A model generated the notes under the pieces. The model worked only from the letters and a program-made list of their open reading frames with translations, ran no database searches and was not told the DNA's origin. This document shows positions 8,333 to 17,311 of a stretch of 64,000 nucleotides of DNA, one piece after another. Source of the stretch: Alphaproteobacteria bacterium bin52 (GTDB taxonomy: Bacteria; Pseudomonadota; Alphaproteobacteria; Thalassobaculales; Thalassobaculaceae); NCBI GenBank assembly GCA_002238645.1, contig MPMT01000007.1, forward strand, positions 7,502-71,501. The letters are read 5' to 3'. The first letter of the stretch is position 1. The number at the start of each line of letters is the position of its first letter. The translations under genes and the position numbers were made by a program.

Positions 8333-10774
8333 ATGGCTGATCTTCCAGCTCATGCCCGGGTCGTCGTCATCGGGGGTGGCGTCGTCGGATGTTCCGTCCT
8401 CTACCATCTGGCTCTCGCCGGCTGGACGGACTGTGTGGTGCTGGAAAAGGCAGAACTTGCCTCCGGCTCGAGCTGGCACGCGGCGGGCAACTGTCCCAAT
8501 TTCTCGGCATCCTGGAGCATCATGAAGCTCCAGAGCGACTCGACCGCGCTCTACCGTGATCTCGCCTCGCGGCCTGATGCCCCGATCAACTACCACGTGA
8601 CCGGTTCGATTCGGCTCGCACACAGCGTGGCACGCATGCACGAGTTCACGCATGTGGTGTCCATGGGACGGAACATGGGGCTCGAGTTCGATCTTCTCGG
8701 TCCCGACGATCTGCGCGCCCGCTACCCGTTTCTCGAGACCCACGACCTGGAGGGCGGTCTGTGGGATCCGACCGACGGGGACATCGACCCATCGCAGCTG
8801 ACTCAGGCGCTGGCCGCCGCCGCGCGCAGCCTGGGTGCGAGCGTGATCCGGTTCTGCCCGGTCACAGGCGTCGAGCGCACCGCCGGGGGCTGGCGCGTGC
8901 TCACTCCGCAGGGCACGGTGAACTGCCGGTACGTGGTGAACGCCGCCGGTTACCGGGCGCGCGAAGTCGGGCGGATGTTCGGTCGCGAGGTCCCGTCGGT
9001 GGCCCTGTCGCACCAGTACATGGTCACGGAATCAATCGACGCCCTGGCCGGTCGCGACCAGAGGCTGCCGCTGCTGCGCGACCCCGACAGTTCCTGGTAC
9101 CTGCGACAGGAGATCGGCGGGCTGCTGCTCGGACCCTACGAGCGGAACTGCCGGGCGCACTGGACTGATCGCGACGACCCGATGCCCGACGACTTCTCGT
9201 TCCAGCTCTACCCGGACGACCTCGACCGGCTCGAGTGGTACATCGAGGATGCGTGCGCCCGGGTGCCGGTGCTGGGTACGGCCGGCGTCAGTCGGGTAGT
9301 CAACGGGCCCATTCCCTATGCGCCCGACGGCAATCCCCTGGTCGGACCGATGCCCGGTGTGCCCGACGCCTTCGAGGCCTGCGTCTTCACCTTCGGCATC
9401 GTCCAGGCCGGAGGAGCCGGAAAACTGCTGGCCGAGTGGATCACCGAAGGCGAGACATCAACCGACAGCTGGTCGGTCGACCCGCGTCGATTCGCCGACC
9501 ACGCCAACCAGGTCTACGCCCAAGCCAAGGGCATCGAGGTCTACTCGCACGAGTACGCCATGCATTTCCCGGGCATCCAGTGGCCGGCGGGCCGGCCGGC
9601 AAAGACATCCCCCGTCCATGCCATGCTGGAAGCCAGGGGTGCGGAGTTCGGTGCTGCCGGCGGCTGGGAGCGGGCCGACTGGTTTCCGCGGGACGGAGAC
9701 CGGCGTGGACCGGCCTGCGGATGGGGCCGGCAACACTGGTTCGAGACCGTGGGTGTAGAGTGCCGGCACGTCGCCCGCACGGTCGGTGTCCTGGACCTGC
9801 CCGGGTTCTCCCGTTTCGAGATCACGGGCTCCGACGCAGCCGCGTGGCTGCTACGAATGATCACAGGCCGGCTTCCGGCGCCGGGCCGGACCGGCCTTGC
9901 CTACTTCGCCTCTGCGGCGGGTCGGGTCCTGACCGAAATGACCATCACCCGGTTCGATGACGGCCGCTTCTGGCTGCTCGGGCCGGCCGGCGGCTACTGG
10001 CACGACCGTGACTGGCTCCTCGGGCACCGGTCGGGCGACGTGCGAATCGAGGATCTGACCAGCCGCTGGACGACGCTCGTCATCGCCGGACCACGGTCGC
10101 GCGAAGTGATGGCGACAGCGACGGAACTCGCGCTTTCGAACGAGGAATTTCCGTGGCTGCACCACCGTCCGGTCGAGGTGGCGATGGCGCGCGGACACGC
10201 GATTCGGGTCTCGTATACCGGCGAGCTCGGTTGGGAGCTTCATGTCCCGTTCGAACACGCCGCGGCCGTGTACCGCAAGGTGCTCGATGCCGGTGAGGCC
10301 TGCAGCATCGCCGATTTCGGGATGCTGGCGCTGGATTCAATGCGGATCGAAAAGGGCTACCGGTCCTGGAAGAGCGACCTCAGCAGCGACTACAGCATGC
10401 TCGAGAGCGGTCTGGCCGGCTGGATCGACTTTCGCAAGGACAAATTTGTCGGCCGGGCGGCACTGCTCGCGGAACGCGAGGCCGGAAGGATCCGCGATTG
10501 CGCCACGCTTCTCGTCGACGAACCGGCGCTGCCGGGACACGGCGAGGCGATCGCCCTGTCGACGGTGTTCGACGGGCCGACCCCGGTCGGGCTCGTGCTG
10601 TCGGCCGGCTACGGACACCGGGTCGGCCAGTCGCTGGCGCTTGCAGTCTGCAGGACCGCTGCACTCGAACCCGGCCGTGTGCTTGAAATCGAGATCCTGG
10701 GAGAACGGCGTGCGGCGCGGGTCGCACCGCGCCGGGCCGTCTATGACCCGGAGAACCTGCGTCTTAAGGCGTAA
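8333..10774 (+). CDS. FAD-dependent dehydrogenase with C-terminal GcvT-like folate-binding domain (dimethylglycine/sarcosine dehydrogenase family)
   Basis: Start ATG 8333 gives MADLPAHARVVVIGGGVVGCSVLYHLA, a dinucleotide-binding GxGxxG motif. The ~810-aa length and the C-terminal aminomethyltransferase-like part (..SYTGELGWELHVP..MRIEKGYRSW..) fit the DMGDH/SARDH architecture. Confidence 0.85.
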   Translation: MADLPAHARVVVIGGGVVGCSVLYHLALAGWTDCVVLEKAELASGSSWHAAGNCPNFSASWSIMKLQSDSTALYRDLASRPDAPINYHVTGSIRLAHSVARMHEFTHVVSMGRNMGLEFDLLGPDDLRARYPFLETHDLEGGLWDPTDGDIDPSQLTQALAAAARSLGASVIRFCPVTGVERTAGGWRVLTPQGTVNCRYVVNAAGYRAREVGRMFGREVPSVALSHQYMVTESIDALAGRDQRLPLLRDPDSSWYLRQEIGGLLLGPYERNCRAHWTDRDDPMPDDFSFQLYPDDLDRLEWYIEDACARVPVLGTAGVSRVVNGPIPYAPDGNPLVGPMPGVPDAFEACVFTFGIVQAGGAGKLLAEWITEGETSTDSWSVDPRRFADHANQVYAQAKGIEVYSHEYAMHFPGIQWPAGRPAKTSPVHAMLEARGAEFGAAGGWERADWFPRDGDRRGPACGWGRQHWFETVGVECRHVARTVGVLDLPGFSRFEITGSDAAAWLLRMITGRLPAPGRTGLAYFASAAGRVLTEMTITRFDDGRFWLLGPAGGYWHDRDWLLGHRSGDVRIEDLTSRWTTLVIAGPRSREVMATATELALSNEEFPWLHHRPVEVAMARGHAIRVSYTGELGWELHVPFEHAAAVYRKVLDAGEACSIADFGMLALDSMRIEKGYRSWKSDLSSDYSMLESGLAGWIDFRKDKFVGRAALLAEREAGRIRDCATLLVDEPALPGHGEAIALSTVFDGPTPVGLVLSAGYGHRVGQSLALAVCRTAALEPGRVLEIEILGERRAARVAPRRAVYDPENLRLKA

Positions 10775-10793
10775 CACACAGGGAGGAAGCGGC

Positions 10794-12371
10794 ATGGGCA
10801 CTTCGATCATCGACGCAACCCCGCGCCGGCGCCGCGGCCGGTCCGCCCGCCGCGAAGAACGTCTTGCACCGCTTGCAAACGACATCCGCCCGGTTCGCGG
10901 TGGCCTGGCAGGGGGATGGTACCGGCCGTTCGGCGACCACGACGTCGGCCGCATTCACCAGACGGTCCTCCAGGTACTGGAACAGTTCGGCCTGTCCGGC
11001 GCCACGGCCTCCTGCATAGAGCTGTGCGAAGCCGCGGGAGCCGTGCACGGCAGTGACGGCCGGTTGCGGTTCCCCCGCGCGCTGGTCGAGGACACCATTG
11101 CCGGCGCCGGCAGGAAGTTTCCGCTGCACGCACGCAACCCGGCACACGACATGGAGCCGTTCGGCTCGAACGTCTATTTCGGAACAGCCGGTGCGGCCAC
11201 GCAGATGGTCGATGTCGGGACCGCCTCCTACCGCAATGCCACAGTCCGCGACCTGTACCAGGCAGCCGTGCTTGTGGACCACCTCGACAACATCCATTTC
11301 TTCCAGCGCCCGGTCACCCCCACCGATGTCGAGGGGATGCTGCAGCTGGACACCAACACGCTGTACGCGTGTCTTGCGGGAACAGGCAAGCACATCGGTA
11401 CCAGCTTCACGAACCGCGCCGGTGCCGAACTGGGCCTGGAGCTCCTGCATGAGGTGGCCGGTGGCGAAAGGGCCTGGCGCGAGCGGCCGTTCGTCAGCAA
11501 TTCGAACTGTTTCGTGGTTCCTCCGCTGACCTTTGCCGAGGATGCCTGCGGTGTGCTGGAGACCTGTGTGCGCGGCGGCATGCCCGTACTGCTGCTCTCG
11601 GCCGGCCAGGCCGGCGCCACTGCCCCGGCGGCACTGGCGGGAGCGGTGGTTCAGGCCTGTTCCGAGGTCCTGGCGGGACTGGTCTACGTCAACGCCATCT
11701 GCCCCGGATCGCCGGCCATCTTCGGGACCTGGCCGTTCGTGTCGGACCTGCGGACAGGCTCGATGTCGGGAGGATCCGGCGAACAGGGCCTGCTGTCGGC
11801 CGCCTGCGGCCAGATGGCCCGCTTCTACGACCTGACCGGCGGGGCGCCGGCCGGCATGAGTGATGCCAAGCTGCCCGACTACCAGGCAGGCTACGAGAAG
11901 GGAGCCACCGCGATCATGGCCGGTCTCGCCGGTCTGAACCTCGTCTACGAGGCCGCCGGCATGCATGCATCCCTGCTCGGGTTCTGCCTCGAGAGCCTTA
12001 TCCTCGACAACGACCTCCTCGGCCAGGCGATGCGCGGAGTGCGCGGCATCGAGGTGACCGAGGACTCACTGTCGCTCGAGGTGATCCGGGAGGTGTGCTG
12101 CGACGGGCCGGGCCACTACCTCGGTCAGCCGCACACCCTGCGGCTGATGCAGCGCGAGTTTGTCTATCCGCAGGTGGGAGACCGGACCAGTCCCAAGGAA
12201 TGGGTCGAACTCGGCAAGCCGGACCAGGTCCGCAGGGCAACGGAAACCCGAAACCGGATCCTTGCGACCGATCGTCCCCGGCTGCTCGACAGCGATCTTG
12301 ACCGCCGTCTGCGGGCACGCTGTGACATCGTGATCCCGGACCGGGCGATGGGTCCGGCGGAGATACCGTAA
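10794..12371 (+). CDS. MttB-superfamily methyltransferase (non-pyrrolysine member; quaternary-amine methyltransferase candidate)
   Basis: ATG 10794 is preceded by GGGAGGAAG and lies 19 nt after the dehydrogenase stop. The ~525-aa product (..RIHQTVLQVLEQFGL..FVSNSNCFVVPPLTFAEDA..PVLLLSAGQAGATAP..LPDYQAGYEKG..) looks like the trimethylamine methyltransferase MttB family. There is no in-frame TAG. Confidence 0.85.
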   Translation: MGTSIIDATPRRRRGRSARREERLAPLANDIRPVRGGLAGGWYRPFGDHDVGRIHQTVLQVLEQFGLSGATASCIELCEAAGAVHGSDGRLRFPRALVEDTIAGAGRKFPLHARNPAHDMEPFGSNVYFGTAGAATQMVDVGTASYRNATVRDLYQAAVLVDHLDNIHFFQRPVTPTDVEGMLQLDTNTLYACLAGTGKHIGTSFTNRAGAELGLELLHEVAGGERAWRERPFVSNSNCFVVPPLTFAEDACGVLETCVRGGMPVLLLSAGQAGATAPAALAGAVVQACSEVLAGLVYVNAICPGSPAIFGTWPFVSDLRTGSMSGGSGEQGLLSAACGQMARFYDLTGGAPAGMSDAKLPDYQAGYEKGATAIMAGLAGLNLVYEAAGMHASLLGFCLESLILDNDLLGQAMRGVRGIEVTEDSLSLEVIREVCCDGPGHYLGQPHTLRLMQREFVYPQVGDRTSPKEWVELGKPDQVRRATETRNRILATDRPRLLDSDLDRRLRARCDIVIPDRAMGPAEIP

Positions 12372-12809
12372 CGGTGTCAGTAGCGACGCAAGGACGTGAA
12401 ATTCCGGCTGCATGCCGCGGTTCCGTGATTGGCGGCGTTCTCCCGTCGCCTGGGTACTCAGGCAGTGGCGTGCCCCCTGTCCCCGGACACGGGGCCGGTG
12501 GTGTGGGCGGCGAAATCCCGAGGGAGGATAGTGACAGCGACACAGCGCACCAGTGTTCCTGTTATGTGCCCGAATGACACATACAGTGTTTGACATACCG
12601 CATGACCGAACCGGTCATGTGTGCGGTCCTGTTCCCGCTGTTGCCGGAGGGGGCATCGACGTGTCGGACCGGGACCGCTCGATCAGCGACGGTCGAATCA
12701 CGCGGCATGACCGGAACGAAACAGAAGGACCGGGACGGGGAAACCATGCTCCGGTGGTCCCGGTGGACCGGACGCGCGCCGCGGCATGCCGTCCAGGCCG
12801 CATGAATAG

Positions 12810-13295
12810 GTGCTCCGGGTGCTCCTGTCCGATCCCGCCCGCGTGCAGGCACTGTTTCGCGATCACCTGCCGAACAATATCGTCGGACTTCTGGTCGATA
12901 CGCTCCCGGTCTAGGTGGACGGGACGTTCGTCGACGAGGCCCTGCGCGACAGTCGGAGCGATTTCCTGTTCGAGATCGAACTGAAGAGCGGGAAGTCCGC
13001 CGTCATATTCGTGCTCGTCAAACACAAGTCCCGGCCCGACCCGGCCACGCCGCTGCAGCTGGCGGGCTACATGGTGCGCATCTGGCTGCGGCATGCACAG
13101 GGCCGGGTCGAAGGCCCGCAGGAAGGCAAGGCGCGATTCCTCACGCAACTTCTGAAGCGCCGGTTCGGTCCGCTTCCCGACGAGTTGTCCGCGCGCATTG
13201 CGACGGCGAGCACCTCACAACCCGAACGGTGGCTTGAGGTCGCCATTGACGCACCCACCTGCGAGGCAGTGTTTCGCGCCGACAGGGCGCACTGA
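12810..13295 (+). pseudogene. Rpn-family (YhgA-like, PD-(D/E)XK) recombination-promoting nuclease/putative transposase, decayed
   Basis: The N-terminal block LLSDPARVQALFRDHLPNNIVGLLVDTLPV is followed by an in-frame TAG (12912-12914). The frame then continues VDGTFVDEALRDSRSDFLFEIELKSG..VLVKHKSRPD..LQLAGYMVRIW. It jumps to the C-terminal DUF4351-like tail (FLTQLLKRRFGPLPDELSARI), so the central part appears deleted. Confidence 0.6.
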
Positions 13296-13686
13296 GCGCC
13301 ACGCCCACGGTGATCGGAGCCTGAGCCGTGAGACCGGAGTTGCGATCGGGCTCCGTCCGTGCAGCGGCACCGGCCAGGGTTCCGGTTTGCGAGGCGGATT
13401 TCAAGCTGTTTTCCGGTCCTGATTGTCTCATCGCGTCAGAGTTCAAGACGGCCCGGACTGGCGGGAAGCTCCTGCGGTGCCACTGCGGATGAGGGCCAGA
13501 CGACGCCAAAGGTGAAAACGGGTGCGCGTCACGACGGCAGTCGCGGACAGACCGGCCTCGGGGCCGAATCCGGCGACAACGGGTTTGTCAGGGCCGCTCC
13601 GGCGTTGTCATTGCTCCTGTTTTCAAAGCGCGGCCCGCAGCCGGAATTCCGCGCATTATCCACCGCCAACAAGCAGCCGGGCCAGC

Positions 13687-14886
13687 CTACAAGCGGGGCG
13701 GAACGGCACGATGGGTCTCCGGCGCCCAGCGGGCGAAGGCGAGGCCGATGACCAGCAGGAGCAGCGCCGAGAGCATCAGGGCTGCGCCGGATCCGTGCAA
13801 GTCCACGATCAGGCCGAGCATGATCGGTCCGACCACGTAGCCGATGTCTCCCAGCATCCTGAACATGCTCATCGCGGATGCGTTCATGCCCCGAGGGGCG
13901 CTGTCGGCAGCATAGGCCGCGGGCGCCGATCCGCCGATGCTGGACGCAATGCCCCACAGCGCGTTGGCGGCAGCGAACCACAGGAATGAATCCGCCACGC
14001 CGAACATGACGAATGAGGCGCCGGTAATCGCGGTCGCCGGCACGATCACCACCTTGCGGCCCCATCGGTCGAGCGCCATTCCGGCCGGGTAGACCGCGAC
14101 CAGCCCGAGCACGCTGCCGACGGCGAGGCCGATACCGATCTCGTCGTAGTCGAGCCCGATCCGCATGCTGCCGATGATCGGCACCACGTTGAACAATCCG
14201 CCGGTACGGGTGAGCGCGTTGATCAGCGCGATGCCGCTGACCAGCATGAAACCGGTGTTGCTCCACAACAGCCTCATCTGCTGACCGAGCGGGGGGAGCC
14301 GGACGCCGCCGGACCGTCCGGTGGCAAGGTGCCGCGTCTCGGCAACCACGGTGAACGCCACCGCAGCGGCAACGAGACTGGCCGCGGCGCAGAACCAGAA
14401 CGGGGCGTCGAGCCCCCAGTGCTCGGCCAGGATACCGCCCGGCAGGGGTCCGATTCCGACCGCGAAGATGAAACTTCCCTGGTATATCGCGATCATCCGG
14501 CCGCGCCGTTCCGGTGTCGAGATATCCGCAAGCACGATCGAACCGGCGGTCACCGTCATGCCGGCACCGGCGCCCGCAACGAACCGGGTCAGCAGGAACT
14601 CGGGGTAGCCTGTCGCGGACACGCTCCAGACATTCCCGGCCGCCGACAGCAATCCACCGAGGACCAGGGCCCAGCGCCGTCCGAAACGGTCGGCGATCTG
14701 TCCACACGGCATGGCGAGTGCGAACCGGGCCAGACCGTACACCGCGATCGCCATGCCGATCGCCGTCGCCGAGACCCCGAACGAGGCGGCGTAGAGCGGC
14801 AACGACGGGACCATGGCGCCGAAACCGAGCTGGTTGGCGAAGATCAGCACGCACATCCACAGCAGGACGCGGCGCTCGGCAGTCAT
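13687..14886 (-). CDS. MFS transporter
   Basis: 399-aa protein with about 12 hydrophobic segments and an MFS loop motif (GQIADRFGRRW). Confidence 0.85.
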   Translation of the reverse strand: MTAERRVLLWMCVLIFANQLGFGAMVPSLPLYAASFGVSATAIGMAIAVYGLARFALAMPCGQIADRFGRRWALVLGGLLSAAGNVWSVSATGYPEFLLTRFVAGAGAGMTVTAGSIVLADISTPERRGRMIAIYQGSFIFAVGIGPLPGGILAEHWGLDAPFWFCAAASLVAAAVAFTVVAETRHLATGRSGGVRLPPLGQQMRLLWSNTGFMLVSGIALINALTRTGGLFNVVPIIGSMRIGLDYDEIGIGLAVGSVLGLVAVYPAGMALDRWGRKVVIVPATAITGASFVMFGVADSFLWFAAANALWGIASSIGGSAPAAYAADSAPRGMNASAMSMFRMLGDIGYVVGPIMLGLIVDLHGSGAALMLSALLLLVIGLAFARWAPETHRAVPPRL

Positions 14887-15004
14887 GGCGGATCAGGACC
14901 CGGCGGGGATCGGCCGGGTCACGCCGGAGCCGATGCAACGGGGCGGCGGCCGCGCCCCGCAGGCCCCCTCACCTCCCCGAAATCCGGCTTGCATGCGGCA
15001 ACGG

Positions 15005-15886
15005 TCACGCGTCGTCGGACGCGAACTGGCGCATCGCCTTCTGGAGCTTGGCAAATGCCCGAACCTCGATCTGGCGGATCCGTTCGCGGCTCACTCCGAA
15101 CTCCTGGCTCAGTTCCTCCAGTGTCATCGCCGGTTCCCGCATGCGACGTTCGATCAGGATCCGTCTCTCCCGTTCGTTGAGGTCCTCCATGCCGCGGGCA
15201 AGCATGTCACGACGCTGTTCGAGTTCCTGCTGCTCGCCGAGCATGTACTCCTGGTCCGGTTCCTCGTCGACCAGCCAGTCCTGCCACTCTCCGTCGCCCT
15301 CGATGGTGAGCGGAGCATTGAGCGAGTGATCCCGCCCGGCGATTCGCCGGTTCATTGCCACTACCTCATGCTCGGCCACGTTGAGCTGGTCAGCGATCGC
15401 GGTCACGTTCTCGGGCGAGAGATCACCTTCTTCCATGGCGCGGAGCTGGCCCTTGATGCGGCGCAGGTTGAAGAACAGCTTCTTCTGCGCCGCGGTGGTG
15501 CCGATCTTCACCAGTGACCAGGAATGCAGGATGTACTCCTGGATCGAGGCGCGAATCCACCACATGGCGTAGGTGGCAAGCCTGAAGCCGCGATCGGGGT
15601 CAAACCGCTTCACCGCCTGCATCATGCCGACATTGCCTTCCGAGATCAGCTCTGCCATCGGCAGGCCGTAGCTGCGGTAACCGGAGGCGATCTTGGCAAC
15701 CAGCCGCAGGTGGCTGGTGACCAGCCGGTGTGCCGCCTCGGTATCACCGTCCTCCTGCCAGCGCCGCGCCAGCATGTACTCCTCGTCCGGCTGCAGCATC
15801 GGAAACTTGCGTATCTCCTGCAGATACCTCGTAAGGTTGCTCTCGGCCCCCAGAGAGGGAATTGTTGCCGGTGGCTTCGCCATCAT
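15005..15886 (-). CDS. rpoH: RNA polymerase sigma-32 (heat-shock sigma factor RpoH)
   Basis: Contains the sigma-70 region 2 pattern (LRLVAKIASGYRSYGLPMAELISEGNVGMMQAVKRFDP), the RpoH box (AQKKLFFNLRRIK) and a region 4 HTH (TLEELSQEFGVSRERIRQIE). I chose the internal Met (MMAKPP) as start. Confidence 0.9.
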   Translation of the reverse strand: MMAKPPATIPSLGAESNLTRYLQEIRKFPMLQPDEEYMLARRWQEDGDTEAAHRLVTSHLRLVAKIASGYRSYGLPMAELISEGNVGMMQAVKRFDPDRGFRLATYAMWWIRASIQEYILHSWSLVKIGTTAAQKKLFFNLRRIKGQLRAMEEGDLSPENVTAIADQLNVAEHEVVAMNRRIAGRDHSLNAPLTIEGDGEWQDWLVDEEPDQEYMLGEQQELEQRRDMLARGMEDLNERERRILIERRMREPAMTLEELSQEFGVSRERIRQIEVRAFAKLQKAMRQFASDDA

Positions 15887-15936
15887 CCAGCTCTCCGGCT
15901 GCAGCTCCCGGCGCAGCATGTCGGTCTGTCCATCAT

Positions 15937-16953
15937 TCACGCCACCGCACTGTCGGCGGCGGCGAAGCACCGCACCGTTGTCGCCATGTCGGCAGGAACA
16001 TCACGCTCGAATTCCATCCACCTGCCATCGTCGGGATGGGCAAAGGCCAGGGTGTGCGCATGCAGTGCCTGGCGCCCGAGCGCCTTCGCCGCGGCAACCT
16101 GTTCCGCCAGGGCTCCCTTTCGGCGATATCCGCTGCCGTACAGCCGATCGCCGACCGGTGGATGGCCGATATGCGTCATATGCACCCGGATCTGGTGCGT
16201 GCGGCCACTCTCGAGCCTGCACTCAAGCAGGCTGGCCCGGGTTCCGAACCGCTCCACGACCCGGTAACGGGTCACGGCCGGCTTGCCGCCACGGCTGGTG
16301 ACCGCCATACGCTTGCGGTTGCGCCGGTCCCTTCCTATCGCGCCCTCAATCCGGCCCGCCCGCGACTCCGGCACTCCCCAGACCAGGGCCCGGTACCGCC
16401 GTTCCACCGTCCGTGCGGCAAACTGGTGCATCAGCCCGTGATGCGCCTCGTCGGTCTTGGCCACCACCAGCAGGCCGCTGGTATCCTTGTCGAGCCGGTG
16501 GACGATCCCCGGCCGCAACGCACCGCCAATGCCAGAGAGCGAGCCGCTGCAATGTGCCAGCAGGGCATTGACGAGCGTGTGATCCGGGGATCCGGGTGCG
16601 GGGTGAACCGCGAGGCCGGCCGGCTTGTCGAGAACGATCAGCGATGCATCCTCGTGCAGGATATCGATCGCGATATCCTGAGCCTCGGTCGCGATCGGGC
16701 GCGGTGCCGGAAGGGTCAGGACGTACCCGCATCCGGGTTTGACCGGTGCCGAGGGGTCGGCTATCGTCGCGCCGTCCGCCGAGACGAAGCCGTTCAGAAT
16801 CAGGGTCTTCACCCGACTGCGCGAGAGGCCCGGCACGCTGCCAAGCTCTGCAACTCGATCTGCAAGCCAGCGGTCAAGCCGGGTCACGCCGGCGTCCGGA
16901 GACGTCGGTTCACCGGCGCGAAACTGCAGAAGACGATCCTGTCGAGAGCTCAT
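15937..16953 (-). CDS. rluD: RluA-family 23S rRNA pseudouridine synthase with N-terminal S4 domain (RluD-like)
   Basis: Shows an S4-like segment (TRLDRWLADRV..SRSRVKTLILNGFVSADG) and the catalytic motif HRLDKDTSGLLVVAK. The start is taken at MSSRQDR. Confidence 0.85.
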   Translation of the reverse strand: MSSRQDRLLQFRAGEPTSPDAGVTRLDRWLADRVAELGSVPGLSRSRVKTLILNGFVSADGATIADPSAPVKPGCGYVLTLPAPRPIATEAQDIAIDILHEDASLIVLDKPAGLAVHPAPGSPDHTLVNALLAHCSGSLSGIGGALRPGIVHRLDKDTSGLLVVAKTDEAHHGLMHQFAARTVERRYRALVWGVPESRAGRIEGAIGRDRRNRKRMAVTSRGGKPAVTRYRVVERFGTRASLLECRLESGRTHQIRVHMTHIGHPPVGDRLYGSGYRRKGALAEQVAAAKALGRQALHAHTLAFAHPDDGRWMEFERDVPADMATTVRCFAAADSAVA

Positions 16954-17299
16954 GTCGGCCAAACCACAACAGACTGTCAGAACCGATCCGGTCCCGCCAA
17001 GCCTGCACGCGCTGAAACTCCTGGTGATCATAATGGGTGTGCTAATCGTGGCCGGCGTGATCACGATCGGAGTCACAGTATACAACCGGATGAGCTCCGG
17101 CGCCAGTCAGTCCGCCGGCGAGAACTTCGGTACCGTTTCGGCCCGGCTTCCGGCGGGACACGCGGTACACGGCATCTCGGCGGCAGGTAACAGTCTCTAC
17201 ATTCACCTGCAGGCGTTGGACGGCTCTGCCTCCGTCCTGGTCATCGATGGACGGACCGGCAGGCAGCGAGGCCGCATCGCGCTGGAACCGCACCCCTGA
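16952..17299 (+). CDS. Small membrane-anchored hypothetical protein
   Basis: The internal ATG gives MSAKPQQTV..LKLLVIIMGVLIVAGVITIGVTVY, a single TM helix, plus a ~70-aa soluble part. The gene is divergent from rluD. Confidence 0.5.
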   Translation: MSAKPQQTVRTDPVPPSLHALKLLVIIMGVLIVAGVITIGVTVYNRMSSGASQSAGENFGTVSARLPAGHAVHGISAAGNSLYIHLQALDGSASVLVIDGRTGRQRGRIALEPHP

Positions 17300-17311
17300 C
17301 AGGAGATCGAG

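Noticed and set aside
10242-10793. 184-codon N-terminal extension of the MttB ORF
   Set aside because: It overlaps the 3' end of the dehydrogenase gene in another frame and has Arg/Cys/Ser-rich junk-like sequence. ATG 10794 has a strong GGGAGGAAG Shine-Dalgarno, and the MttB-like sequence starts there.
10794-12371. Possibility of a pyrrolysine (in-frame UAG) MttB
   Set aside because: The reading frame is uninterrupted with no internal TAG, so it is a non-Pyl member.
12590-12619. TTGACA hexamer followed by an 8-bp perfect inverted repeat CATGACCG-AAC-CGGTCATG (12601-12619)
   Set aside because: No acceptable -10 element lies at the right spacing, and the nearest downstream gene is a pseudogene. 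It is possibly an operator relic, but that is unsupported.
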